From the NCBI GenBank assembly GCA_903813345.2, contig CAIIXF020000001.1:13640001-13704000 (forward strand): DNA of 64,000 bases, read 5' to 3'. Below the pieces are notes generated by a model. It did no database searches, was not told the origin of the DNA, and saw nothing but the letters and a program-made list of their open reading frames with translations. Position numbers and translations under genes: made by a program. Each line of letters starts with the position of its first letter. Positions within the stretch are counted from its first letter, which is position 1. Below, piece by piece: positions 38,283-52,000 of this stretch. The stretch comes from Owenia fusiformis (lineage: Eukaryota).

Positions 38283-38339
38283 GCTCCTTGATGAGATATT
38301 GCATGATTTCGTCAGGATTTCATCTAAAATTAAAACAAA

Positions 38340-39720
38340 ATGGCTCCAAGAAAAATGGCAATATTTGAAAACTGGACGAAATGTTGTTTATGTCTGACAT
38401 TAGTAACTGGCTCTAAATTCTAAGTTAGCGATCCAGAAGATGTGAACTAATACATTGATGACTTCATATGTGTTTTAGAATTTTTGGTGAGTAATAAGAC
38501 CAAAACTCGCAATTCAAATTGTGATGTGGAAAAATGGCGGACATTTGATTTCAAATTTTATGATTACAACATGACCCGTTATACATGCAGGAATTTATCT
38601 TTGGACGAAGGCCACGATACAGTGGCCTTAGAAGAAGGTAACGAGGAACAATTCTAAATTCTCCGATTTGGTTCATTATCTGACCGATACAGCCCTGTGG
38701 ATATGGATAAGAATTTGATTCTTTGCATGGTATTTCACAGAAAACTTGATTTTTCCAGTCAACCATCTCATTTGTCACTCTCCTTGACACCTTAAAGATC
38801 AGAAACTGGTGTTCGTTGTGGGGATTTCCACTTGTGAAATATGTTTGAAATTCACAAACTTCTGCCTTTGCACTTAAAGATATCATCTAATATACAAAAT
38901 AATTTGAATTCCCTGCAATTTCATGTTATTTCAAATTAAGCTGTTGCTTGCAGAATTAATCGCTGAATTAGGGATTTTATGTAAAATTTGGTGCAGAATT
39001 TGCATTTTTCTCATGCATAAAACTATTATGTGTGTATTATCTCCTGGTTGCTGAATTCTCACTCAATTATTGGAGCCATTGGATGAATATACTCCTCCAC
39101 TATCATTTTAGTTTACAGCATGGAACATTCAGGCACCGTGGGTTAAATCCAGGCGCAAATTTTCGTCCGTCTAACATAGATCTTCGATAGTATCTATTAC
39201 GTGCTGCAATCAAGTAGACATCTTCCATGCAGATACATACCACGCACCTCAAAAATAAATTTCCTTTAGTGTGCAGAGCTTGCCATCAGATTTATCTGCA
39301 CCAAACATACCCAAACCTTCTTGGCAGTCATCACATACTTTCACCAGCAGTCCACTAGTCTATTCCTTGAAGTTATCCATTTACTGGAAATCATGGTTGT
39401 TATAAACATCAAGATGTTCTAACAGTGCTGGCAAACAAGAATGCTGGGAAAGAAGTCTATTCATTTTGAGCCTGCGCGAAAAACCGAACCAGAAACCATA
39501 CCTCGCACAAATTACCTCTACTCCACTGTTATCAGTTTAGTCTTGCTTATCAGTGCAGTTGTTGGCAGTACTTTTCTAATATGGGAAACTGTTTCTACCT
39601 TACAAATATCATTAGTGGCAATAGGTGTAAAGCCTTTACTTAAAGTTGTGCCTCTCTTGAGAAAGCAATCATGGGTTGTTCCGTTTTGACACACAGTTAA
39701 CCCCTTTAGGGAATAAGTGA
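38340..39720 (+). pseudogene. Possible decayed DNA-transposase relic (Kolobok/Mutator-like)
   Basis: Broken frames with WGF..RYHL and AWNIQAP..CNQVDI similarity, and AGTGATTCCTTT terminus-like sequence at ~39716. Weak. Confidence 0.25.
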
Positions 39721-39915
39721 TTCCTTTGGGGTTTTTAAAGATATCCATTATGGGGTGACCAAAATTAGCTGAAAGCAATGGATCACATGAGTTTTCCGTA
39801 TGGGAAAATAACATGGGAAATTGTTTTCCACTTTATCTAAAAGGAATCACTTTAGAATATTGATTAGAACACTGGAAGTCATATGCGTTAAATTACTCCC
39901 GCTCAATAACAATTA

Positions 39916-39983
39916 CCATGGTGGCCTTGCGTCAGAATCATTGCCTGCCACGTGGTATGTCGTGGTTTGAATCCCGGCTTTGC
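39916..39983 (+). pseudogene. tRNA-Gly(GCC)-derived pseudogene or SINE head
   Basis: Aligns by eye to canonical eukaryotic tRNA-Gly-GCC (GGTGG..AGAAT..GCCTGCCACG..GGTT.GA.TCCCGGC). Stems are mismatched; a T-run follows. Confidence 0.6.
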
Positions 39984-40898
39984 TTACTTTGTTTTTAAAC
40001 TAAATTGTTGTTTTTTGATTTTATTCAGAAAAAAAACAATTCATAACCAAGTCAACTTAATATTGAAGCATTAATCATGTTGTCAGGTGTATAAAGATAT
40101 AAGAATAATATATGTCCAAATATTGCTTTTTAGAGCAATGTCAGCCTTTAATAAAGTGCAAAGAATCACGGATTTGAAGAAATGGATTAGAATTTTCTAT
40201 TGGCCATGAACTTGAGGATATCTCTATCTTTTATGTCTTTGCATTGTCTAAATGCCTCATCCTAATTCATCCACCAGAGAAAAATTATAAATTCTCTCGA
40301 GTGAAATCTCATTAATCAATGATTCAATCATCTAAAACATGCCTGTTTCAAGATAAGATGGTTAGGTGTCTTTTTAACATAGTAGTTTTAAATTATAATA
40401 CATGCTCTGGGCTACTGCCATGCTTCTTCATCAGCAGTCCCACTCATCCTTTTGGGAGTTGAACTGTGAGTCATGTTACCATTTGGTGGTGAAAACTGCC
40501 ACATTTGAATGGTGCCATCCTTGGTCCAAGGGTATTCCAATATGTTCCATGAGCTGGGACAGTGAATACCTGATCTGGAAGAATGGAATTATGCCACTTG
40601 AATTGGTTTCTCAAATTGATTTGTAATTCTTTCTGTTTAACTAAAAATTCTTACCCATTTCTTCATGTCAATGAGAAAATATCCTGAACAACCACATGCC
40701 TAAAACAATATGTATGTTACCTACTTAATATAACCAGAATTCAATGAAGTTTGGGGATATAGAAAATGTCTCTGACTTCATCCATCTATATGTCCATTTG
40801 TCCATCCATATGTCTATCTGTCTGTCCGTCTATCTGGGCAATAACTCAGATACTGTTGGCCCAATATTGTTGTTCATCCTATGCCACGTAGAGTTTTA

Positions 40899-41284
40899 GG
40901 GAGATAAGTTGGTAAGATATATCCCGTATCCTGAATTTGAGGTTTCCATATCCAGAACCTCCATATCTCCCGCCATATCTCCCACTCCGGTGCATATCTT
41001 CCCGCTTCTGGTGCATATCTTCCTGCTTCCGGTAATGCAATAAAATGACTTTGCATATGAATGATTTGTTTATTTTTACACCTTGTACTATTGAAATGGA
41101 CATTTGCCCCTGAAAACTCTACTTGGTATAGGATAAAGCAGTTATGTACGGTCGGTTTGGATATGAAAATATCGTGAGATATGCACATCTACCTTCGGTC
41201 CCTACGGTCCCTCAGGTAGATATGCATATCTCCCTCTGGATAAACCCCATCAGTATCCAAAACCTCCCAGTACATAACCCTTAT
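40899..41284. mobile_element. Non-autonomous palindrome-bearing repeat (possibly Crypton-like)
   Basis: 21-bp repeats GGTGCATATCTTCC.GCTTC, a hairpin GAGATATGCACATCTACC..GGTAGATATGCATATCTC (41176-41232) and outer inverted GTTATGTAC/GTACATAAC. Family assignment is inference. Confidence 0.5.
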
Positions 41285-41849
41285 ATATTTTAGACACATA
41301 TGCCCTGTGTGAGTTCAAGTTCTGCTTAAAAGCTGACATCAGAAGACAAAATAAAATCACAGAATTATGATTAATTGGCAGATTTATTCTTTCATAAACA
41401 CATTTATTCCATATACTTCTGCAATGCTTCAATTTCAATATAAAACTTAAAAACATGATTATAATAGTGTACAAACAATTTGGGATTGATGTGTAAAAGT
41501 AGTAAGGGTAGACCATAATATCATGGTTAGCCCTTAACCTTTACAGAAAAGCTATGGGAAAAGTATTTTGTCCACAAGCACCATGAGGACCCCACTATAC
41601 AATGAGCTTACTAAACTGTATCATAGCTAAATTGCAAAGGGATACATGTTAAGTGAGTGGGGTCCCTCATTCAGTCAATGCTACCACAAGCAATTTCTTA
41701 CGTATATAGATAAGTTTAATTTTACCTTCTTGGTCGGAAAAAGATTATAGGGCTTCTAGGAACAGTCGGTTCTGACTCCAATTGTACCCCCCACCCTCCA
41801 AATAGTCGACCGCTGATTTTATAATGTATATTTTTTATAATTGTTACAG

Positions 41850-43480
41850 CATATTGAACTCTACAATGGCAGACTGAACACTGGAAACTTCATGTCACAC
41901 ATATCATCACTACTAGAAGTACATAGCTCATTAACTAGAGAATAATGTGCTGGATTTACAATAAAGCACAAGTACAAAGGCACTGGAATCAAACGAACAT
42001 GTAAGTTTTTACAACACACACATTTGGACCAAAAAGGAAAGAATACTGTATCCTCCACAGTCAATTGCAGTTTGATGTGGTCAACCCAAATCAGCTTACA
42101 ATATTTTTCTTCTATAGTTTAAACAATAGAAACTGAATCATCCTGATGAAAGTGAATGCGGTTCAAAATGCTACATCTGATCTGTACTATACTGTATGTG
42201 CAATTTTTGTTCATTTTGTGTAATCATGACCCTGACATCTTTTAACAATAGGTTTAGCTTCATATTCAGCTGATCTGGTATAATTCATGAATTTCAAACA
42301 TTCATGTTAATCAACTTAGAAAGAATCAACTTAGTTAATCAACTTAGAAAGAATATCAAAACTGACTTGGGTTGCCTAAATCAAACTGACTATGTTATTC
42401 TCTGTGTTATTTGTCACTTAAAAGACTAAACAATACAATACATCAATGGGCGGGATAAATAATTTGACATGACAGGATCTAGAAGAACGCAGATATGCAA
42501 GCACCATACTACGTATCCTCTCTATTCATACAATGCTACACTTGAGTCATATACAACTATTAAACTCATTGGGGTGACATCTTTCAATATAAGTTTTTCT
42601 TTATTTTTATCTTTGTGATTCACAAGGAAAGGATGGTGTTGTCTTTTCAATGAAATCTTTAAGATTGATACAAGTTAAATAATGTATGTTAAAAGTTTTT
42701 AGGCATATTTAGTTAATGGTCTATTTTTCATTAATATGAAGAAATAGATAGGAATTGTTTATAAAACTTGTCCCTTGGTTTCAATCATTAGGTAGACATA
42801 AAAATACCATTCCAAAACCTTTTAAATTCTCAATAAACTTATATTTAAATGTTGCCATAAAAGTATTCAAGTTTGTGATCACTCTTAGTTTTTACTTAAT
42901 GAGAGAAGTTGGCCTTTTAAAACAATTGATACTTCATTGTAATGATGACCTCAAAGGAATATGATTGCTTCTGCACAGAATGGAGAACAAATTGTCAAGA
43001 TGTCATAAATAATGAATATGACAATGACAAAGATGATAATCGTGTAGAAGTAGTGTTTGACCTTGAGGCTCTTGAGAGAATCAAACACATCTGGTTCGCT
43101 TATAGTCATCAGCGTTATTTGTTGATTTTGAAATATGAGGGAAGACTTCAGGACAGTGATGGTAAACAAGGATAAGAAATGAACAAAATAAACATAAGAA
43201 GTATACACATATACCTTTCTCCTTTCAAATACATCACTATTATATGGGTATAATTCAGGGAGGACTCTGGAACATTTGCTTTAAAACATACAGTATCAAT
43301 GGCAACCTTTTTACAAATATTATCAATGATATTTAAATTTTGGTTTTAGTTTGTACAACAGTTTGCAATTGCTGTGGGAAGTAAATATTGGCTGAGAGGT
43401 TTGATTTGGAAAGTATACCATGGCACAGTTATTGGGTGTCTGTTTAAAACTGATGTGATGTCATCCCTCTGCAACATTAT
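41850..43480 (-). pseudogene. Heavily decayed LINE RT fragment
   Basis: ITLMTISEPDVFDSLKSLKV resembles the pre-RT region of CR1/L2 ORF2. Weak downstream RT-like traces. Confidence 0.35.
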
Positions 43481-43538
43481 TTGTTCTTGAGGACAGAAAT
43501 AGATGGCAGGTAATTTTACATTTTTAGATTGTTAGATG

Positions 43539-43948
43539 ACTCAAATGTGAGTAGGTAGTTACCAGTTTCACCACCAGGTGGTTCGTTAGGGTCAGATAGC
43601 ATGGCGTGTGTAGTAGAAAGTTCCCTTTAACTTAATATTTATCTGTTTTAGTGGTTCAATTTTCATATCACCCTTAAGTATCAAATAGTTATGCAAATTA
43701 AGATATGTCCAGTAAAAGAAAACGTTATCTGTCCAATGCAAGAAAAGATACTTAACTTTGTCTATGAGGAATATCCCCGAACTAGAAATCACATTATCAA
43801 AAAAAAAATTTTTCAAAGTTGATAAACAATTTACGAAACCATATTTCTAGATGTTCTTTTACTTGTGGATTTCAAATATGCCATCACTTTGGCAGAATTT
43901 TTAATATTTAATGATGTAAATCAAGATTATACCTACGCGCATCTAGTC
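43539..43948. mobile_element. Second copy of the ~430-bp MITE
   Basis: Colinear reverse-complement similarity to 1133-1566, e.g. AGTTACCAGTTTCACCACCAGGTGG and TTTTCAAAGTTGATAAACA. Confidence 0.8.
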
Positions 43949-44436
43949 TATTTGACTCTATACATGTTTTGTCAAAATTTGTACTGTTGAATTGAGAGGC
44001 CGAGGGAGTCGCAAAGATTACCACCATGACACAGTTTTGATTAAAACAAAATGTCATTTTTGATTGTGTACCAATCTGATTTTATCTTATGAAATCATAA
44101 TAAATGCTTACTAAAATTACATTTTTGCAATCTCATAACTAAAAGCAATATGTTATGTGTCTTTCTAAGTAGAGTCTAGGGTGCATTTATGACACAACTT
44201 TACTTGAAAGCTCTTTGTTTGCTAAATGATAAATACTTTAAGAATGAACTAAAAACAATCATAAATACATTTGTACATACATGTACAAAACATATTGGAC
44301 ACTGTGTACATGTATTACATAAACAGGCTATCCTACCGGGTTTAATACTTATGTCATTTTATGGTTGACAGTTTGATTGGATGCAATATTTTAATTCTGT
44401 ATTGTACAGAGTTCATTGTTTAGATAGCTTGTAGTA

Positions 44437-44617
44437 CTGTAAAACCTGTATAAGTGGAACAGCTTCGGTACCTCATATTACTGTGTCACTTGGGATGTAT
44501 TCCACAAACAAATGCTCATTTAACATTAGATCAATGGGTAACAGGATTTGAAAAGTGGTATGTAACACTTATTGTGGGGTTCCACTTATAGAGGTGTTCC
44601 ACTTACAGGTTTTACTG
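44437..44617. mobile_element. Tigger/pogo-like MITE just downstream of the CARD gene stop
   Basis: TA|CTGTAAAACCTGTATAAGTGGAACA ... TGTTCCACTTACAGGTTTTACTG|TA. Confidence 0.75.
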
Positions 44618-44796
44618 TATGTAGTTTTGCATCAAACCTCCTTCCAAATATCTTCTACAGTTCATTAGAGAAGAGGTTCTATGCAAGACTAGTTATATGC
44701 AGCAGTTTGTTGAAATCCTATTCCATTTCAAGCGGTCAGTTTAAGCAGGACTGTCCATGTTATACCATACAAACAGTTTTCCTTAGGAAGGTTTCA

Positions 44797-47354
44797 TTAT
44801 TTCAGCTCTACTTCTGCAAGGTTAAGTTCATCGATATCAATCTCTGTTCGTATCTTCATTGCACTTAGTTCTAATTTCTTCAGAGTCTCCTCAGTTAAGA
44901 TTACTGACTCTAAATCCTTTGTCAGTTTACCAGAATTATAATCCGAACTCAGTTCTTCAACTTGGGATTTTTTCATGCATAAATTTACCATTATACTGGT
45001 ATCTGTAAGGAAGGTCCCCAAAACTAGGATTTCACGTTTCTGTTCGAAATACTTCAACATTGCTATGTGGCATGGAGTGCCTGTGTTATTTAAGATATCG
45101 TAAAATTTCTCGGCAGTGTATTCCAGTAAACCAAAAGCATTTCTGTTATTTTCGATATGTTCCTTACTGGTATATTTGGAATTATTTGAAGTACCTGGTC
45201 GATTTGAATGTACATTCCTAGCACCATTAGACGTGGAGATATCTCGCTCTTTATATTTTTGTTCCTTTTTATGACCTCCAAAAAGACAGGAAAAACATAA
45301 ACAATGGCAGCAAGATTCGTTCTCTTTTTGTGGTTCTTCTATATCTAAAATCTCCAAATTTTCCATAGATCGTCGACGAGGCTCAATTTGAGCGATTGGA
45401 CGTGGTTGGATAATTTTGACGTCCTCTTCACTTTGTGTAATCCACTCTCTGCTTTTGGCCCATGCATTTTCTGTTGAATCATCTTTCTGTAGTTTGATTG
45501 CAGTCACTTTTATCTGAACCCCAACTTGGCCTGAAAATGTAAAATGGAAATGATTGCTTCAAATGTAAGTATTATAGGGAATTAATTGAAACAGAATAGA
45601 ATCGTGTGCTAACGATTGATCCTCTCTGACACTTATACATCACTTAAAGGCAGATGAAAAGGTGGATTTGAGAATGCCAGTAAAGTGCCAGAGGTAAATC
45701 TAATAAGGTTAGGAGGTTATAAAAGTGAGACATACATGAAACAAAGAAAATGGTTATCTATACATAATTTTTCCAGTTTTCTTTATAATATTTATTTTAG
45801 ATATTATTATTAACGTTGCAAGGAACAAATTCAAAATATTTGATCTAACTTAGCAGAATCAGAGAGTACATCATTGGGAGCCCATATCAGGCTGAGAAAA
45901 ATTAATTTATTATATACTGGCAAATACAGGGGGGGGGGGCATAGGACTATGTGCTATGTGCCTCAATTATTTCCAAAATTTGGACCCAATTTTTTGATTT
46001 TGGGGCCCAAAATCTTTTTTTACAATTTAAAATGTGCCCCCCCCCCCCCCTTTTTGGCTTCTGGATCCACCAGTGTTATACATGTATCGTGAAATGTTCT
46101 TGAAAATAGCATACCTCGTTTGCGCTTTGTACCCAGGTATCCTGTAAATACAAGAAAACAATATTGAAATTGTAATAAACTGTTATTAACATGATCATAT
46201 GTAACCAGAATACACATGAACAGTATCCATGAATATCATATTACACATTAGTGCTACTAATGAGCTAAAAATCTCAAAATTAGGAAAATGGCACAAATTC
46301 ATCAGCATTTCTATGACAAATCAAATTATCACTGGATATTGGTTTAAAAGGTGATCACTGTGACTTGTAATTACAGTCAGTGTTAGCTGCACAGCTGTGC
46401 ATATGATTACAACTATGTAGGACAGGTTACATTATACTCATAGTTATGCATCAAAAAGAACAATAGAAAATATATATCATCTTCATTTCTCATACATGTA
46501 CATACTGAGTTACTTGAGGGAACAATATTATGCTTCAGAGAAAATACAATCAAACTTTCTTATGATATTTATATTCAGGGCAAGTAGTTTCTTGAGTTGT
46601 TGGTTTTATCAGTTGTAATATTTTAATTGTGTTTGATGTAGCGTACTTGTGTTTATTGTTCAAATATCATGATTTACAGTAGATATCACATCATAGACTA
46701 AGAAATGAATGATAAAACAATTTGGCATTTTAAATGAAAACAATTTACTTTCTGGGTGACATAGTAATTACATAATGTTTATCCCCTTCAATTTAGTTCT
46801 TGCGTGACATCATAATTGTCTATTGTCAGATGCAGTGTTCTAACAAGGATATTTTCTATAAGTCGATGCAAAATTCTCCTTATAGATGGTCAAAAATGCC
46901 TCTTTTGGTAATTTGCAACTTGGTGCAAATGAGTTTTCGAGTGGGTGCAAGCCAATTTTCCAAAGCTCAAGTTGGTGCAGCACCCAGTTGGTATAATGCA
47001 AGGGTGATCACTGAATTGTCAAGAAAGTTCACCTACCTGAGCCTGACTTTGGCCTGATCCTCTCTCCCTCATCTAGCTGGTTCGCCAGTTGGTGCTGCCC
47101 CATCGTACGCAGTGCGTTGATGAACAGCTTGTATGCCATATCTCCGCCATTCTCTATGGTTTGTAACACAGCGATATTCACCTTCGCTTTACTTTTCTCA
47201 GCCCTTAACTCCTCGACAAATGCCTTCTCTAATACTCCATTTTGAATGAGATAATCAAATATGACATCGCAGTCGAGTTGTTCAATCACCTCGCGACGTG
47301 TGCTGAGTGGGCGTGTGTCGGGCATCTCATTCGCGTCACCATTGTAGTTGCTGC
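44797..47354 (-). CDS. CARD-domain protein with a C-terminal TRADD-N-like domain (death-fold adaptor)
   Basis: Exons 47037-47354 (CARD: RREVIEQLDCDVIFDYLIQNGVL..GGDMAYKLFINALRTMGQHQLANQL), 46115-46141 (27-nt micro-exon) and 44797-45530 join in frame through GT-AG sites. The C-terminus VEELSSDYNSGKLTKDLESVILTEETLKKLEL..IRTEID fits the TRADD-N-like pattern. The start may be MPDT at ~47325 or lie in an unidentified upstream exon. Confidence 0.8.
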
Positions 47355-49070
47355 CTGTAGATAGAATAATTTCAGATGTGTGAGAAACATAAAGAAGTGG
47401 ATTTGAGGTATAGAATGAGGAGTGGTGTATTTCATATACACTATGGTGAAACAGATGTGGGGTGCTTTGAGAAGGCATTTTGTGTGAAGGTATCCAGTTT
47501 ATGGTACTTAAAGTTCTCCATTGGCTACATTTATTCCATATTTGGTTGTAGTCATTGCTTGTTATTCATTGTTACTTCATTTTCTACACTGTATAATTAC
47601 AATGTACTAATTCCTATCAAAATTGCCCGATTTGTTTCTCCATCAGCTGTTTTAAATAGTGTCTATATAAATTCAATCCAAACAATTAATGTTTCTGTCT
47701 GTGTTATATTGTGGTATTGTGTCTTTGTCATCATCACTAGTACATACTGTGGTCATACTAAATATTTCATTTCATATTGAATCTCATATAGCCATATACT
47801 TGACAATGTTCTACTGTCTGTTATCCGATTGTCACATACTGTACAGACAGCACCCAGGATGTTCTGTGAATACTGAATAGCCACAGAATCATACTTTAAT
47901 AAACCCTGCCATATCAACTATATTAAAAATAGATTGATTGATCCCAGCTTTATTTCTCATTAATTTTAGCTCCAGTAACTTTATTTCCAATTAAGAAAAA
48001 TCCATTTCGCACTAACTTAAGTTGCTAATATGGAATCATAACATTATCTGAGATCTTTTGGAAATTGGTCTCTTTCTACAATTAATCTAATGGAGTGAGA
48101 CCTTAACTATTGAGTCTATTGATTTGCTTACTTTCATATAAATCCATGTTCTAGGGCCCATGGTAATATAATTTGGTATAAATATGTATAATTTCATCTT
48201 CCCATCTGTCACAAATCTTAACAGATGTGCATTGTATATCATATTTTCTTGGACTTGCAAAACAACATAAGTCTGCACACTACAATGATTAGCATCATGT
48301 TCGATTTTTCTTGCATTGTGTATTATGCAATTGTGAAGTTGAGAGTTGAACACCTGTAGAACATACTTACGTACACTGATTTTAATGAGAAAGCACAAAG
48401 GGCAACATAAGAAAAACAACTAATTTTACCCTGGCCTGACAAGATTATATAGACCTCTGTTGAGTTACTGTTGATAATTGTTAACAATACAAAAAGGGTT
48501 CATATTTTTGAATGTGTGAGTAAGTGCTCCAGCAAATATTTTATCCTTTAGGATAATAGAATAAGGTCCATTGTGTGGATTTATAACATTTTTATGTCAC
48601 TACCAAGAATTGTTATAGCCATTGTTTTTATGACTGCGGCTTTCAGTTATTTTTAACCATTTTCAATTACTTAAGAAGTAAAGTTTCTGTTACCATGGCG
48701 ATGAATTATAGGGCTATATGTCTAACATTTATTACACTGTTCCATCAAGGTCAGATTGACTTGAAAGTCACACATCATTCACCTTCAGGGATGTCATGGT
48801 CATCTAAAGGTTTTTTGACAGATATTTGACAAAATGAAAAATGGCTGTTTCATTTAGCAGCTAGTTTGAGAACATTCATTCCCTCTCATGATAAACCATA
48901 TAATTAAAAGACTTAACACCTCTATGTATGTATTATTTATTTGCGTCTAGAATAAGACAGTTACATGCACATGTTATACAATAATTATAGAAAATGAAAT
49001 AAAGAAAGTAAAAAAGTAACAGGGAACATGATTTCAAATCAATTATGTAGTGTGAACTGTCCTACATGAT

Positions 49071-52000
49071 TTAGATCATTGATACTCTGGCTCTATGCAT
49101 GGAATATATTACAAGTGATATGGAGCAGAGTGAGTCGATGCTCTCTAAGGTTGAGCTCAACCCTAAAACAAAGTCCATCTTCTCAGCAAGTGACATACGG
49201 CCTTCACTCTCCAACATTGTGAGTAGAGTCTGCCGTTCATAGGTAATTATATCACATTGTAGTATAAAATGTTCAATAGTGTCTCTTGAATTGATGCACA
49301 ATGGGCAAACCCCATTCTCAAAAGGATAAGACCCCGCTAGGAGTTTAAACATAAGTTTGCACTGTTTTTTGAAAATAGGTCTCAGTTTACATATGAGCCA
49401 CCATATATTTGGCTGCACGTATGAGATGGATAATGTACAAGAATAAAATGATAAGGAACTATACAAAGAACACATCATTCTAATGCTATTTGCTTCATTA
49501 CAGTATAAAGCATTTCTTACAATGCGTTTAAAACCTGATTTAGAGAGATATTCCCCAGACTGTATCATGTTCATAGATAAAATGGCAAAAGTGTACCGTT
49601 CAAGTGTTCTCCAAATGATGGAAAGTGGAGAGTTATGCCGTCCATTCCCCCCTATGAGCCACAGCAATCTATGTATCAAGACGGTTTTGTAAATATTATT
49701 CATTGGTAACACTATTATACTCCAGAAGAACATCATCCTCGAGAAATCTATCTGTCTTCTGATAGAAAGCCATCCAAGACCTGAAGCTGCTATAGGGTTC
49801 GGCGAACTTTTTGGGAGTGCCTGAATTCTTCTTCCGATTTCACGATGTGATATTTCCATTTGCTCTATTTCGTGATTACTATAGTCTATTACCTGGCAAC
49901 CGTACAGTAGCTTGCTTATTGAGAAAGTCCAATATAACTTACTGGCCATTAGTGGGCAAAGGCCACCTGTTAACGAGCCAAGCCCCAATAACGAAAAATA
50001 TTTCTGTTTTGATTTGCATATCGTTTGCTTTACAAAGTCGTTGTGGTTCCTAAGGGGTATCCCGACGTGCAGCTCTCCTGTTTTTTGTTGAATTGCACAG
50101 GGGCCAAGTAAAGCGGTATCATTGCCGTCGTCGGGTCTGCCGAAAATAAGAAGCGAGCATTTACCTGGATGGAAAGTGATTCGCCAGTATGAACTGTAAT
50201 TCCACACGATGCTTAATAGTCTGTTCATACTTTGCATGCTAAGAGATAAAAGTGATAGGTCATCTGCGTACGCAACTACTGAGACGTCAGTGCCACCTAT
50301 ACGTACTCCACATTGCTCACCCACAATATCATACAAGAGATCTGCGAGGTAGAATTGGTAGACAATCATCGACATCACCCCGCCCTGATGGACACCTTGT
50401 TCGACGTTAAAACTGCTAGAACATTCACCGTCATATAAAATTGAACAGTTATAAGTTTTGTAGGACGTGTACATCATTCTCCAGAACTTTCCATTCATGC
50501 CGCATCTGTAAAGTTTGTAAAGAAAACCATCAATCCACATTGAATTGAAGGCTTTGCGCACGTCCAATAGAGAACAATATACAGTAGAACCCTTATCCCT
50601 ACAGTGGGATATAGCTTCCTGTAATAAAAATGAAGTGTGAAGTGAAGAGCAGGAATCTATCGAGGCACCCTGTAGTTGTGGGATGTGTGCCAGGAAACGA
50701 TGTTTACTGCGGCTGAGCAGCACGTTGTCAAATAGCTTCCGCAACGAGGACATCAGAGTTATATCACGGTAGTGGTCCGGATCTAGCGGGTCTTTATTCC
50801 CACCCTTAAACAATGGTATGAGTAGTCCATTACAAAGACCCCGGGGGATATGTTCATGCATACGGATAATATTAAAAAATACACAAAGTACTGATACTAG
50901 GTTTGGACCGCCGAATTTTAGGTGTTCAGCTGAAATTTTATCGCATCCGCACGCACGATTTGTGTTAAGGGCCTTAAGAGCATCATTAGTTTCGTCCTCT
51001 GTGATTGGCATATCAAGAATCCCGTCTTTGTTTGGCATCGATTCTGTTCTCAATGAAATCACCCGCCGTTGGATGTAATCGTGGAATTGATCATTAAAAT
51101 GCGGGGAATTCCCAGGTGTAGCTAGTTTTGAGAAATGCCTCATCCACGCATTGCGAATTTCAGATGGATCCGATAAAACTACATCCTCATCCCGTATAGA
51201 GTTAATCCTTTGTGATTTAGTTCCCCGACTCCTAGAGACAAGATGCCAATAAAGTCGTTGATCTATGGCGTCGTCTTGTAGTTTGTCCAGCTCTTTTTGT
51301 TCAAAATCGCGTTGCGCCTGAGAGTAAGCCTTCTTAAAGGCTTTGTTAGCAGCCTTATAACGTAAAAGTATCTCATTGTCCGACTGACGTGGGCGCCCTT
51401 CATTCACCCATGTGCGCCATGCAACATTTTTGGTTTTTACCAGATGTGAAAGATTAGGATTCCAGAAAGGTTTCTGATGCTTCCGGAATTTCTTGATAGG
51501 CACATCACAAGAAGATTTGATAATCGTATCAACTACTAATTCACTAAAACTGTCAATTTCTTCATTCCTGATATCATTGGTTTTTAAAAGATGTCGCCCT
51601 TGTATAAGTAAAGGTTCAATGTTATGTTCGAGTTTCGTCGTGTAACAGGACGCAATCTCGTCATTAGACAGCTTATTCCAAGCGAACTGCTCACAAGGGG
51701 TTTTTGCACGCACAATGGGTACAATATTGAATAAATCAAGTTTTGTTAGAATAACAAGATGATCGGATGACAAGTCTGGAGAATCCTCAAACACTTCACA
51801 GTATGTTATATTACCCGCTAATTCGTGTGATATAGCGATGTGATCGATGTATGACGTTTGACCTGTGTTAATATGTGATATAAATGTGTACGTTGGTCCT
51901 ACTGTGTCATTCATCATATCCCTTATACAAAGACCGTTACTAATACACATATCAAAGAACAATTTTCCATTCGCAGATGGAATTCCTACACTTCTACTAG

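Noticed and set aside
39916-39983. Functional tRNA-Gly gene
   Set aside because: The acceptor, D and T stems are mismatched and TTCG is changed to TTTG; treated as a relic.
40190-40680. Possible integrase-like relic on the minus strand
   Set aside because: Similarity is too fragmentary to support without a profile search.
42942-43175. 77-aa plus-strand ORF
   Set aside because: No recognisable domain or splice context; the opposite strand looks like a decayed LINE.
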